Positions 43,901 to 56,106 of a stretch of 64,000 bases of DNA are shown here, in pieces. Position numbers and translations under genes: made by a program. Source of the stretch: a virus; IMG/VR virus record IMGVR_UViG_3300045988_165521, one strand, 5' to 3'. The notes below the pieces were generated by a model that worked only from the letters and a program-made list of their open reading frames with translations, did no database searches and was not told where the DNA came from. Each line of letters opens with the position of its first letter. The stretch's first letter is position 1.

Positions 43901-46900
43901 TAATAAATCGATCTCACTTTCAAGCATACTTGGATTATCATAGTATTTATCTCAAGTTTGATCTAATATGCTATTTAAAATAGTATAGTTATCATATTTT
44001 GCAATATTATTTGGACGTAATGGAGCAGTTAAATTTGGAGTACGTGTAAAATAAGTATCCTCAATTCCTAAATTTCTTCTTGCATTTTCATAGAAAATAT
44101 AAGCTGAATTTTGTTTATAATCTCCTAATCCAACAATTAAGATATTATTTTTATTTGCCCATCTTGTAATTAATTCAAGATCAATTTTAGAAAACTGACT
44201 AATTTCATCAATAAATATGATTCTATTCTCAGTTTCTGCAAACATTGTAGCTGGATTTAATTTTAAATCCTTAAGAGTATATGTAGGTATTTCATCACTT
44301 CCAACAATTTTATTAATATCTGATTCAGAAATTTGTTTTCCCAGAATCTGTTCAATTAATTCTGCTTTCGTATATGATAAACCGTCATGCTCAATTGCTG
44401 CAGATAATCGATCTGTTTGTTTTCTTGTTGGAGCTACAGTTACAATTTTATATGCAGGCATCATTTTACGTAGCACATAAGCTACACCTTGTGTTTTACC
44501 TGTACCTGCTCCTCCAAATGTTGCAATAAAGTTTAATAACTGACTTTTATTCTGTATATAGCTATCATCTGATGTAGCTTTTGCTTTTGCAGATAAATAT
44601 TTAACAAATTCATTAAATAAATCTTTTCTTTCAGATGTTGCGTGTATTAATCTAATTGCATATTCTTGAGAAAAAATTGGAGCTTTATTAAATGATTCAT
44701 CAGTAATAACAGTTTTTAAGTTGTTATAGAAATTTGCAGAAGGATATGCAATTAAAGACAATAAATAAACTGCCTGATCATAATCAGTAATCGCTTCAGT
44801 ATCTCTAGCAAGCTTAGTAGGTCTTGCTGTAATTAAAGAAGTTGGTTCGAATAGTGAAGTGATGCGGTCAACTATTTCGCTATTAGATAATTTTTGATCA
44901 TCTATAAGTTGATAGATTTTGGTTTCTAATCTAATAGAAGCCTCTTCAAATTCTTTAAAATTACTCTCCTTAATTTCTCCTGATGGAAAATCTGATTCAG
45001 CAATTAATTGGTTAAGATCTAAGTTAAATAATGATGCAAACTTATCTTTGATTACAGAATTTTCATTATTAAGTAACAGATTTGTAAATCTCTGTCTCAT
45101 ATTAATAGCAATATCTTTCTGTTCTCTAATTTTTTGTGCATTATTATTTTCTGCAATATTTATTAATGTATCAAGTCTAACCTTAATTGCTTTAAGATCT
45201 GAAGACATATTAACGGCAGTTTCTGTATCAATTTCTGCAAGTAGATCTTTAGCTAATTTTTTCTTGAACTTATTAATTTGAGTGTTATATCCTCCATCTA
45301 TAGAAGCAATAACAAGAGAATTTAAAATATCAATAAATCTACTGGTTTCTTTAAGTCTAGTTAAAGCATCCTTATTATTAATAATATAATCCTCTAATGA
45401 ATCACTATTAAGGTAACTATTATACTCTTTTACAATCAAATTAACAATATTTTGACTAATTCCATTAGTAGATACTGCAAATTTTTCTAATAACTCATAT
45501 GCAGGGGATACCTTAATTTCAGATTTAAGATCTGAAACCTCATTAATAAAATCAATAAACGTTCTTCCAGATATTCTCGGAATAATTCCAGCTAATATTT
45601 CATCTGCACTTTGTCCTAAAAAGTCTGATAAATTTACTAATCCATCACTTTGTAAAAGATTTTGATATGCAGTTTTAATTTGATTTATATCTCCTTTTGA
45701 TACAATATCTTGAAAAACAGCTAAGTCATTTGCAATTCCAAGAGTCATTGACTCATAGCCTACACTATCACCTTCTGTTCTTTCTATATATGTATTAATA
45801 GCTTTTTCTCAATTAGCTGCAGCAATTCCTTCAGTAAATCCATTTACATAAAAATAACTCTTCATTAATGCAACAAGGTCTACATCTGTTACATCAGTAT
45901 ATAAAGAATTGGTCTTTAAATAGTTTAAGAAGTCAATATAGCTATTTGCATATGTATTTAAGGCAGCTTCATTATCAGCTATAAATGTATCTGGTCTAGC
46001 TAATACTTTTCTACCTTCTTCACTCAGCTCCTGAGTTAATCCAAATTCATGTCTTTTAACTAAGAAATCTTTGTAGTTTTCAGTTAATTGTAATTTAGTT
46101 TGAAGTTCAGATACTTCTTCATTAATTTCAACTCCTTCGGGAAGTTTAGAAATAGCTTCATCTATTTGTGCCTTTAGATTAGCAATTTCTTTATCAATGT
46201 TTTTAATACGATTAGTTTGAATAGTTTCACCTGGAGCATAAGCTTTACTTAAGTCTACAGTTTTTTGAGATACAGCTACTAAATCTTGTGCAATAGATTC
46301 ATTTAGACTATTAAATAAATCATACGCAGCAAACACCTTTGTTTTCTCAGTTGATTTAGAATATTTTTCATATTCTTCTTTAATCACAACTTTTTCATCA
46401 GATGTTAATTGATCGAAGTCTTTCTGATATCGAACTTTGGTAAAATTATGAATACCTAAGTCATCAACAAAAGCAGTTGCTAATGCAGGAGTAGCTGCAA
46501 ATCTTGCTTGCCCAAAATAATAGTCATTAAGTTCTCCAGAGACTATTTTATCACGTCTTGCTCTTAAATCATCAAGTTTTGCTTTTAGTCTTTGAAATTC
46601 TACATCATTTTGAGCTGCTGCTATTTTGTTATCCACATCTTTAGGAGTTTTAGGCTCAAGTTCAGTAGGAGTAATCTTAGATTCTAAAGCTACTTTAGTT
46701 TTTAAGATATCTTCTGTAAGATCATTCCAATCAGAGAATATTTTACTATAAACTCCAGTTTCAATTAACTGATTTTTAAGGCTTTCTCTCTGAATATTCT
46801 TAGCTAAATTTTCAGTTACATTAATACCAGTCATAGCTGATAATGCTTGTAACTCTTCATCAGAAATGTTTAGTCCCTCTTCATTGATAATACTATCAAT

Positions 46901-48874
46901 CCGATCGATGTAACTATTAATTTGGTTATAAATAACATCGTTCTGAGATTCTCCTTCTTTTGCAGATTCGTAATTAATTTTATATCCGTCAGGCTCTTTA
47001 ACAAGTTCAAACGATTTACCCGAAAGATTTCTACTTCCAAGAGCTCCTTTATCACGTAATCTTGTTAATTCTCTTTTTAAATCAGAGGTTTTGCCATTTC
47101 TTATTAAGTATATAATTTCTTGTAGAGAATCATTAGGTTTTTGAATTGCCTCATCATTTATAGAATTAATTCTTGAATCTCATTTTTCATGTAAACTAAA
47201 TACAGCACCACCAATAGCACCTCCCATAAATGCAGAAGTATAACGTGCAAACGCTTCTTCTGTACTTATACCAAAATCGAGTTGTTTATCCTTATCTACA
47301 ATACCCATTGTGTTTAACGCTGAGTAAAGTGCTTTTACCATGTCAGATGAAACTTCTTCTGCTACTTCTTCAACTCCTTCATTAACACTGTCATATAAAA
47401 TATTTCCAGGTTTCATTTTAGAGATTCGTTGCTGAATTTGGTTTTTAGTTTTCATAACCCAATTTGCAGCAGCTTTAGGAGAAACAATTCCTTTGTTGAT
47501 GTTTTCATTAGTTACTTTTTCAGCAACGTCTTTAATAACTCCTTTTACAGATGTACGGTCGAGATATGTATCTTTAAACCAAAAATCTTTAAAATAGTCA
47601 TTATTCATTAATGCAAACATTGCTCCCATTACAGATAACATTCCTAATCCTGCAACTCTATCAGATGCTCCAGCTTGCTTAAACGCATCATAGGCATCTG
47701 TAGAAGAGGTTCCTGCCATATAAGCTAAAGATAAAGCTCTACCTCATTTAATTGTATTTTCACTAACATTTTCTTTACCTACTATTCACTTCGGTATTTG
47801 CCCAATTACTCTTTGTTGAAATAATTGTCTTGAGCTATCTTCAACTAATTTTCCAATATTTTCTACGTTTCAGAAACTATTTCTTCCATAATCAGAAACA
47901 CTTCCATCAAATCTAGAAAACCAAGCTTGAATATCGGTAGCAGTTTGTGCTGATTTAGAGTTAGTTAAATCTCCCTTAGCAATACCTTCGATACTTCTAA
48001 ATAATACTGGGAATAATTTTCCTATTTCAACAGCAGCTGTCATACCACCATATACTTGTCCAACATATGGAATAAGCATTGGACCTACTTTAAATAAAAC
48101 CTTTGCTAAGGTACCTCCAACACTTTTATCTAATCCATCTGAATCAAAGAAATCATATTTATTCCATTTACTTCCATCAACAGTTAATGTATCAGAGATA
48201 TGTAAAATATCTTTCCCTGTAAGTGGTCTATTTCCTAATGTTTCATAAAATGGATCTCCCTCACTATTAAATTTTAAATCTCCTGCTTTATGTGAAACAG
48301 TTCTTCCATTTACTTCATGAGTTCCATCTTCATCTCATTGAGCTAATACAAGTGTAGGACGAGCTATAGCACCTAGTCCACCTCATTCATTAGGTGTTCA
48401 ATCCTCAAACTTACCAGTATCATAATTAAATATCTTATTTGTTTGTGCTACTTCACGTATCGACATAGTTGGATCAGAAGTTTCATATAGATTAACTATA
48501 CCTCGACTTCTTCTTTCAGGATTAGAGAATTTAACTAATCTTGAACTAACATCCAGTACATCGCCGCCGAGAGGTGCAAAATAATCTGCAGGATCATATG
48601 TAAATGAATCCATAGCAGTACTTGCTAAATTAGCTTCATCTGCACGATTATATAAGTCTAAAACGTCTTTATAATATGTATCGAATTTTTGATTATCAAA
48701 TTCTCCTCTATCGTTTTTAAACGCCTCTTGTATTTCTGGTATACCTTTATAATATTCTCTATCTTTAACATTAGAGTTATCAGGAGTTATTCCTAAATTA
48801 ACTAACTCTTGAACACTTTTGTCTGGCTGAAAAAATAATGCCGCCAGCCAATCATTTTTCTTCTGATCCATCAT
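40988..48874 (-). CDS. giant multidomain protein (2628 aa) with an embedded complete SF1 helicase core
   Basis: The frame is open from ATG 48872-48874 (upstream in-frame TAA at 48878) to TAA 40988-40990. It joins track ORFs 48398.., 47870.., 47180.., 45809.., 43952.., 43457.., 42512.. and 40988.. via TGA only; I walked the gaps. The helicase motifs (about 43560-44530) are GGAGTGKT, VAPTRKQ, IFIDEISQ, GLGDYKQ, VQGDEFEF and LYTLTQRSTKG. A P/E/Q/V-rich linker lies at about 43150-43440. Confidence 0.75.
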
Positions 48875-48877
48875 ACT

Positions 48878-50773
48878 TTAAAAATTAGCTTTTATGCTTT
48901 GTTGTTGTTTTTTCAGATTTGCCTGATTATATATATCTCTATATTCACTAGCACTTCCAATTTCATGATTAGATGCAACAGTTGCAAGTTTAGAATCATG
49001 CATAGGCATAAATATCATTCCTTTATACATTGAATTTTTATTGCCATGAAATATTTTTCCAAAGAAGCCTGGCTTAAAGTTATCAACCTTTTTGTCTGAT
49101 TTCTTTACTACATCTCCTCCATAATTTACATAAGTTGAATAGATATCAAATATTCTATCTTTATCTGGTCCATCAACATGTCATAACCAAGGAGAATTAC
49201 TATCAAAGTCAATAGCTTTATCACTAGCATAACCTGATAATCCAAAAAATACCATCATATCTTCAGGTCTGAATTTTCATCTATTAGTTTCAGTATCAAA
49301 CTCTAAGTCTAGATCATATTCATGTAATTTTTCTATCATTCTTTGTCTAGATACATTAGGATTATCTTCAATTCATTCCTCAAATTTTGTATATCGATCA
49401 TATGCATCTAAGTCAGGCTTATAAACTCCCATTTGTTCTGCATCTCGATCTTTTGGAAGTCACATTCTACTAAGTGAACTAGAGCCATCTCACACAAGTC
49501 TATTTAAATCAATATCTGATATTCTTTGATCTCCAAAGAAAATAGAATTTTTATCAACAATATTACCTATTTCAGCCTTATCCAATACATTTTTTAATGT
49601 ATTTTGAGTTACTTGTGTGCCATTCTTATCTTGTAATGGATAATCCCTAGTTACAATTTCTAACCCTCCTTTGGCATCAGATGTTGATAAAACTGCAATT
49701 TTAGGATCTACAACTCTACCTGCAGCAATAGTTTCTAGAGAGCTTCTATTAACATCTTTATCAGTTCCTCCAGAACTTCCACTGCCTGCTTTAGATGCAG
49801 TTGAATCATAATCTAAAGCTTGTGTATTTTCTACACTATGATTTGTATGTTCAACTACAGCAATTTGTAGTAATCGTTTTACATCTTCAGGATTACTTGG
49901 ATTAAAACCTTCAGCAGCTGCTTGAGCTCTTAAAACGTTTTTCATATTTTGTGGAAGAGTCTTATATAAATAATTAACAGCTAAATCAAGACTTTCTTTA
50001 TCATGATATCCCTGATTAGATGTACTATTTGATTCTGTAACTTTATATATTCCATCTGGTCCATTAAATCCTAATAATTGTTCAAATCCTTTTTCAATTT
50101 TATTCTGATATTTAGAAGTATATCTATCAAACTGATTTGAGGATTTATTAGTTCCAAACGCTCCAATAGTAGCTTTTACATAATCTACTATAGATTTCAT
50201 TCCAACTGTATTAGATAAATCTGTAAGGATACTATTATTATATGCTAGTTCTGGACGTTCTTCTCGAAGATGAATTAATTGAGAATTAGTTAATGCTTGA
50301 TATTTTTGTGGATTTTTATAATAAGTATCTGCAGATATAGTCTTAATACTGCCGTCTTTATTATACACATATAAGCTACCTTCATTACTAATTGCAACTT
50401 CAGACCCAGATCCTTCTTTAATAATTTGTTCTGATGCAGTTTCATGTAATTCATTATTATGTTTAATTCTATTAGCTAAAGATTGTAATCTAATTAAATC
50501 AGACATATCATATTGATTACTCTGTCCAGATACAAATAATTCACCTAAGTTTTGAGATTTTCTTAAAAAACTATTAGCTCTATCTAAGAAGTAATCTACA
50601 TCATTAGGTAACCCATTCTCTTTAAGAACATTAATAATTTCTTTTTGAATAAGTTGTTCTTCTTTATTTTCACTTGTTTTAGAGGTCTGAGTAGCAACTT
50701 GTGTAGGCTCTGCAGCATCTCTAAAAAAGGGGGTATAACTAATACCCCCGTTTTGATATCTCTTTATCTTCAT
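48878..50773 (-). CDS. putative internal virion/ejection protein (631 aa) with an N-terminal KRYQNGG tag
   Basis: ATG at 50771-50773. Track ORF 49490..50773 continues through TGA (49490, 49460, 49373, 49277, 49181) to TAA at 48878-48880. Confidence 0.65.
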
Positions 50774-50775
50774 AT

Positions 50776-53700
50776 TTATGACATCATTTTTAGAAATAAC
50801 TTAATAATGTTATTATTTAGTTCTCCAACAGCCTTATTGATAGCTTTTTGCTGGTCTAGATATTGTTGCTCATCTGTTTTACGTAAATATCTACCGCCAG
50901 ATTTATAACTATAAGGTATAAATCTTTGAATAGGAATTTGCTCAGGATTAGTATAATTAATTAAATATGGTTTTGTATCTAATTTGTTTCCTCCAAGCCA
51001 AAATCTTCTTTGAGATTGCTGATAAGGATTAACTAAAGCCTCAATTCCATATTTACTTCTATTAGTAGCAATATCTCCAGAATATTTGTAATTTAAATAA
51101 TCATCGATTTTCCAACCACTATATTCTGGATTTTTACCCTCATTCTGTTGCCAATTATAGAACTCATTAATTTTACTATTTCTAAAATTAGTAAACCAAT
51201 TACTGAAATCTCCAGCAGCCTTTTGTTGTGCTAATTGAGCTTGTAAAGCTTGTTTTTCATTTAGATCCTTGGCATAGTCTCCTCTTAACTGATAAATAAG
51301 ATTCTTAACATTTTGAGTTTGTTGCGTAATCTTATTAGCATCAGCCATATCTAACTGAGCTAAACCTTGTGCTCAACGGTTTCTATTCTCATTAGTTATC
51401 TGAGTTCTAATATTAGCGTATTGTTGTTTTTGAGCAAGTAACTTATCATTATATTGATCTATCATTTGAGAAAATTTAGCATCTCTTTCTCCTTCTAATT
51501 GATCAACATTCATATCTCTCATAAGTCTTTCTGCTAATACTTTATTTGGATCACTAGTCGATGTCTTATATTGACGCATACTTTTAATGCGATCATTATA
51601 CATTCTATGCAACCCATTATCACTAAATCTAGAGTAAAACTCAGTAGGCATTTGTTGTTGAGAACCTATCATTCCTTTACGAATGGCATCTTTCATTTTT
51701 TGGGTAGTACGATTGATACCTATTGTAGAAGTAATAAAGTCTCCTATTCCCATTACCATATCAGGATTAATATTAAATCCTTTTCCTTTGCCATGTCCAA
51801 AAGCTGTATAATCAGAGTTATCTGTATTATATGAGGATCTGTTTAAATTAGACAAAGTTCTACTAGTAGAATCATTAAGTAATTCTTCTTTTGAATCTAA
51901 CCTTCCTTTAAACCCAAGATTATTATTAATTTGAGCCATTTTAGCATCATTTAAAATTGAATTATACTGATTCCTCACTACAGTATTTTGAGGTGATTGA
52001 ACAGCTTTATTTAAGCTTGTAGAAGCACGTTTAATAGGAGTTCCAACAACAGCAACTGGATCTACTTGTACATTAATCGGATTATTATTTTTATCTAGCA
52101 TATAATCAGCTACACTAGTTCAATTTTGATCTATTGGAGTACTAAATGTAGGATACTTAGTACCAGGTTGTGCTTTTATAATTTTACCGCCTTTTTTATA
52201 AAATACTGGATTATTCTCTGGTTTATAATACCAGAGATGTTGTGGTTGATTACTAAATATTCCTAAGTTAGGAGCTAAGTTAGAATAGATTGGCATTGTA
52301 ATAGGTCTCCGTTTTAGAGCTGTAACAGATGTAAACATTTCAGGTCCTCCGAAAAATCTTTGAACTTGAGAAGTTTGTTTATCTACATAGTTCTTAAAAT
52401 AAGGATTACTTCTATTAGTTTTTGCATCTCTAGTAGCAGCAGTCTTATTCCAATTTCACCAACCCATATCATCTGGATTTCTATAAGTACTAGGAAGTTC
52501 ATCATATTTAAATTGTCCTGTATTAAGTCCTTTACCTATTGAAGACTTCCAAGGTTTTCTCCAATTGAAATTTACATTAGAAGAACGTTTAATACCATAC
52601 TCAGAAAGTAAGTCAGTAACATTATCTGTTTTAGCTTTACCTAATTTTCCAATAATTATTTCCTCTAACTTTTCAGTTTTTTGATTTTTTGGAAGTGAAT
52701 TGACCGACTCAATCTCAGAACGACCTAATTTAATGGTAGGAAGATTTTTGTTATTAGTTGGTTTTAAAGTAACCATATCAGAGTTTCCTCCTTTTAATTT
52801 TGCACTTCCTGTGTTACGTTTTAAATTAGCAAAACCTCTAACTCCATTTAATACAGTACGAACATCTTTAATAGTTCATTTACCATCTTGAATATTTTCT
52901 CATGCAGTTGCTAATCCAGATGCAGCACTTCCAAAACTAACTCCTCTAGTTGCTCACTTAACAGCATTTGCGACAGCCTTAGATTTCTTTAAAGCTTTAG
53001 CTATTTTTGCTGCCTTAGCTCCTGAGCCAATCCCAGGAAGTAAAGTAGCTGCATCTAATCCTAGATTAAGTGCTAAATTACTAACATCGCCTCAATCTAA
53101 TCCATCTCTAGCAATATCTGCTCCAAAACCAGTTAATGAACCTACTGCACCAACTCCAGCTCCAGCAACATTGCCAAATCCTGGTACAAAAGTAGCACCT
53201 AAAGAAGCAGCATCTGCAACTAAAGCTGCAATTTCAGCTTTGTCAGCAGCAGTTAATTGTGTACCATCTCCAATAGTTTTTTCTTCTCCAGCAGCGCGAA
53301 GTTTTTTATCTGATTGTTGAATTGCTTGTTTACTAGCTTTTGCACTATTAACTCTATTTGCAGCAACTCCTCCAATTTGATATTTAATAACTCCTCCGTT
53401 TTTATTACTTGGAACTCTATAAGCTAAACCTAATTGTTCTAAGCCTTCAGGAGTAGTAATACTTCTTAGAGCAGAATTACCTCCTGTTCCTGAATATTGC
53501 TGTTGATACTTACCAAGCGTTTGAGTTTTAATTAAATCCTGAAATAATTGATATAAATCAGGATATTTTTGTCCAATAATTGGATTAAACTTAGCATGAC
53601 GAGTACTAATTGTAGCTATATATGGATTTCTAATAATATCACTAATATATCCCTTAACTTCTGGATCTCTTAAGATTTCAGGATGTTGCTCAATATATTG

Positions 53701-55386
53701 TCCTAAACGAGAATCAATATTCCAATAATAATTTCTCATACTATCTTCAGATCCAGGTAAACGACTATTTAATGTATAGTTATCATTTCCTGGGTTTTCG
53801 TCATGAAAATAGTATAATTGAGTTTGAGGATTATAATACAATGTAGCTCTTGTTTGAGGATTTGAAGCATCTCCAGTACTTGCTACTTCTTTATATCCTC
53901 CAGTATTTCCTATAGTATAGTAACTATTAAAAGCAGTTGTAGGATTATTTTCATAGTAAGAATTAACTATATTTGGATCTAATTGCTCTTGTAAAGTATT
54001 ATTATAATTAATTCTTTGTTTAGTTAAAGGATCAATATATACTCTTTCTGCTAAAGTTCTTAAAGGGTGTCCATAGGGATCAAACTGAGAAGAATCTTCA
54101 GGATTGTAATTAGGAAAATAATCATAAACTAAAGGATCACCTGCTTGTCTAACATAGTTACCAGTTAGATCTGCAGCATATCGATTTGGTTGAAAATACG
54201 GGGACCACATTGGATTACCTTCTGAATCAACAGAAGTACTAAACCATGGAGATCTAGAACGATTTTCATCCCAATATTGTTTAATAATTGAAGAATTACC
54301 AGCAGTTCTCTTATTATCTGCTACAAAATCTAAATACTTTTGAATTTTAGATAAACTATCTTGGTCATCACCCCTATATACTTTTCCATTAATAACAAAT
54401 AAACCAGAGTCATCTGGAATATAATCCGCATAACTTCCATATTTTCTTTTAAATTCATTATTAAGTCATGCATCTCCAGTTCCAATATATGATAATAATT
54501 CTGGATTATTTATAGTTACATTCCCATTTGAATCAACGTTAAATAGGTTATGGTACTTATCATAATCTCATCCTGCTTTACTTCAGTTTTCTTTTGTTTT
54601 CTTAAGTTCTTCTTGTGCAGGATCTACTTCTTTTTGAGCTTGAACAGGTTTACTTCCTCCTAAAAAGATACCAATATCATCTAATGCCATAGCATCTTCA
54701 TCCGTCCAATTTCCTTGTTCAAGCCTAGATATAATATCTTCTATGCCTTGCTCACCATATTTATTGTAAAAGTCTATATAAGCTTGCTTATCTAAATCAT
54801 TATAGCCTTTAAATTGATCATTATCCCCATAACCTGCAATATCTTTTAGACTACGAAGTCTTCTAGTTGCTTTTAGATTATTAGCTCCATTTATATAAAC
54901 TCTATTTCCATTTACTAATTCAAAATCTCCAGTATCTTTATTACGCTTATATTCCATAGTAATATCACTAGACCAATCTCTAATATTAATTGGATCTAAT
55001 GCTTCTACTGGCTTTTTATATTGAAAATCCTTTAAAGCATGAACTGCATTTCTTGCAGTATTTTCTTTTCCCCTTCATAGATTTCCAAAACTTCTGCCAA
55101 GTCTACTTCGACGTTTACCTAAACGTTCTGCTTGATTATTAGTAACATCAAACTGTACTCCTTCTAATCTATCGGCACTAGAATTATATGATAAATTAGC
55201 ACCTGATCTTAGAGCATCAGTTATTTTACTAAATTGATATGCAGTATCTTGATCTAATGTTTTTCCATAAGAAGACATCTGATTTAGAAAATCATCATCA
55301 ACCTGATATTGATTACCATCTATAGTAAAAGTGCCGTATTTTTGAGGAGTAGAACCACCTTGTTGATATTTAATTACTTGTGCCAT
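50776..55386 (-). CDS. giant putative internal virion/ejection protein (1536 aa) with glycine-zipper segments
   Basis: ATG at 55384-55386 (upstream in-frame TAA at 55402) to TAA at 50776-50778. It joins track ORFs 55075.., 54583.., 53092.., 52456.., 52120.., 51373.. and 50776.. through TGA only; I walked all gaps. It contains the Gly/Ala-rich hydrophobic stretch GATFVPGFGNVAGAGVGAVGSLTGFG. Confidence 0.7.
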
Positions 55387-55410
55387 TTTATCACACTTGC
55401 TTTATATATA

Positions 55411-55444
55411 AAAAGGGAGATTGATCATATCAAATCTCCCTTTT
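55411..55444 (-). terminator. intrinsic terminator after the small GC-rich gene
   Basis: The stem is aaaagggagatt / aatctccctttt with a 9-nt loop. On the minus strand the hairpin is followed by a T-run (plus-strand A-run from about 55410). Confidence 0.6.
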
Positions 55445-55461
55445 ATCTAATGATCATTAAA

Positions 55462-55791
55462 TTACTTTTTAGCAAAGAATTTATTTTTCATTTCCCCGCC
55501 ATTTTCTTTCTTAGCACATTTCTTGCGGCCTACCATCTTTCCACCTTTCTTAAATACAGGTTCTCCTTCAGGAACTTGTCCAACAGGACCTTGTGGTCCT
55601 TCGCTCATAGCTTGTTGTAAAAGAGCTAAGAAACCTTCACAGACTTGAGCCATTGCTTGACAGTCTTGCGTCTGTAATGCTTGAGCTGCCATTTCTGCTA
55701 ACATTTGTAGTGGATCTTGTCCACCTTGTGGACCAGCAGGTGCCGCAGGAACAGGAGCGGACCCGCCTTCTTGATACTTTTTAACTTTCAT
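55462..55791 (-). CDS. small Ala/Gln/Pro/Gly-rich basic-tailed protein (109 aa), compositionally GC-rich
   Basis: It reads MKVKKYQEGGSAPVPAAPAGPQGGQDP...EGPQGPVGQVPEGEPVFKKGGKMVGRKKCAKKENGG. It runs ATG to TAA with its own promoter-like motif and terminator. Confidence 0.65.
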   Translation of the reverse strand: MKVKKYQEGGSAPVPAAPAGPQGGQDPLQMLAEMAAQALQTQDCQAMAQVCEGFLALLQQAMSEGPQGPVGQVPEGEPVFKKGGKMVGRKKCAKKENGGEMKNKFFAKK

Positions 55792-55859
55792 AATTTAAAT
55801 TATTTTAATTTTTATAGATATCTCATAACTCTATGATTGTCATATATTCATTTAATGCC

Positions 55860-55891
55860 CAAAGATAACACTTTAGTTCTTAATATCCAAA
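55860..55891 (-). promoter_or_regulatory. Bacteroidota-type promoter candidate (TTTG-N20-TAtcTTTG) for the 109-aa gene
   Basis: On the minus strand, TTTG is plus-strand caaa at 55888-55891 and TATCTTTG is plus-strand caaagata at 55860-55867. The ATG lies 68 nt downstream. Confidence 0.45.
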
Positions 55892-55936
55892 TAAAATTAC
55901 TAAAATTTTCATTTACACTAAATTTTTATGAAAACA

Positions 55937-55968
55937 CTTGCTACATTAGCAATATTATATTATCTTTG
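55937..55968 (+). promoter_or_regulatory. plus-strand promoter-like motif (cTTG-N20-TAtcTTTG) in a minus-strand region
   Basis: cttg lies at 55937-55940 and tatctttg at 55961-55968. It points toward the plus-oriented terminator at 56072-56105. Confidence 0.3.
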
Positions 55969-55974
55969 TTCCAC

Positions 55975-56100
55975 AACCCAAGAGTATAAAATGAGTCTAT
56001 TTCATTCTCTTTGGAGATGCTAGATTAAACATGAGGCAATATAGGGTTATAAAAGATAGTTAGTATCTTTTAAGGAGAGTAAGAAATTACTCTCCTTTTT
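55975..56100 (+). ncRNA. candidate small non-coding transcript bounded by the promoter-like motif and a plus-oriented terminator
   Basis: It contains only a 10-codon ORF (MSLFHSLWRC). The boundaries are inferred from flanking signals only. Confidence 0.2.
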
Positions 56101-56105
56101 CTTTA
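56072..56105 (+). terminator. intrinsic terminator hairpin with a GAAA tetraloop and a plus-strand T-run
   Basis: The sequence is aaggagagtaa-gaaa-ttactctcctt followed by tttctt. There is no T-run in the minus orientation. Confidence 0.5.
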
Positions 56106-56106
56106 T

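Noticed and set aside
56072-56105. The hairpin could be the terminator of the minus-strand DUF192 gene, which ends at 56107.
   Set aside because: In the minus orientation the stem is followed by AAAAG rather than a U-run. The T-run is on the plus strand. I kept it as a plus-oriented terminator candidate, but a role as a minus-strand RNA-stabilising hairpin cannot be excluded.
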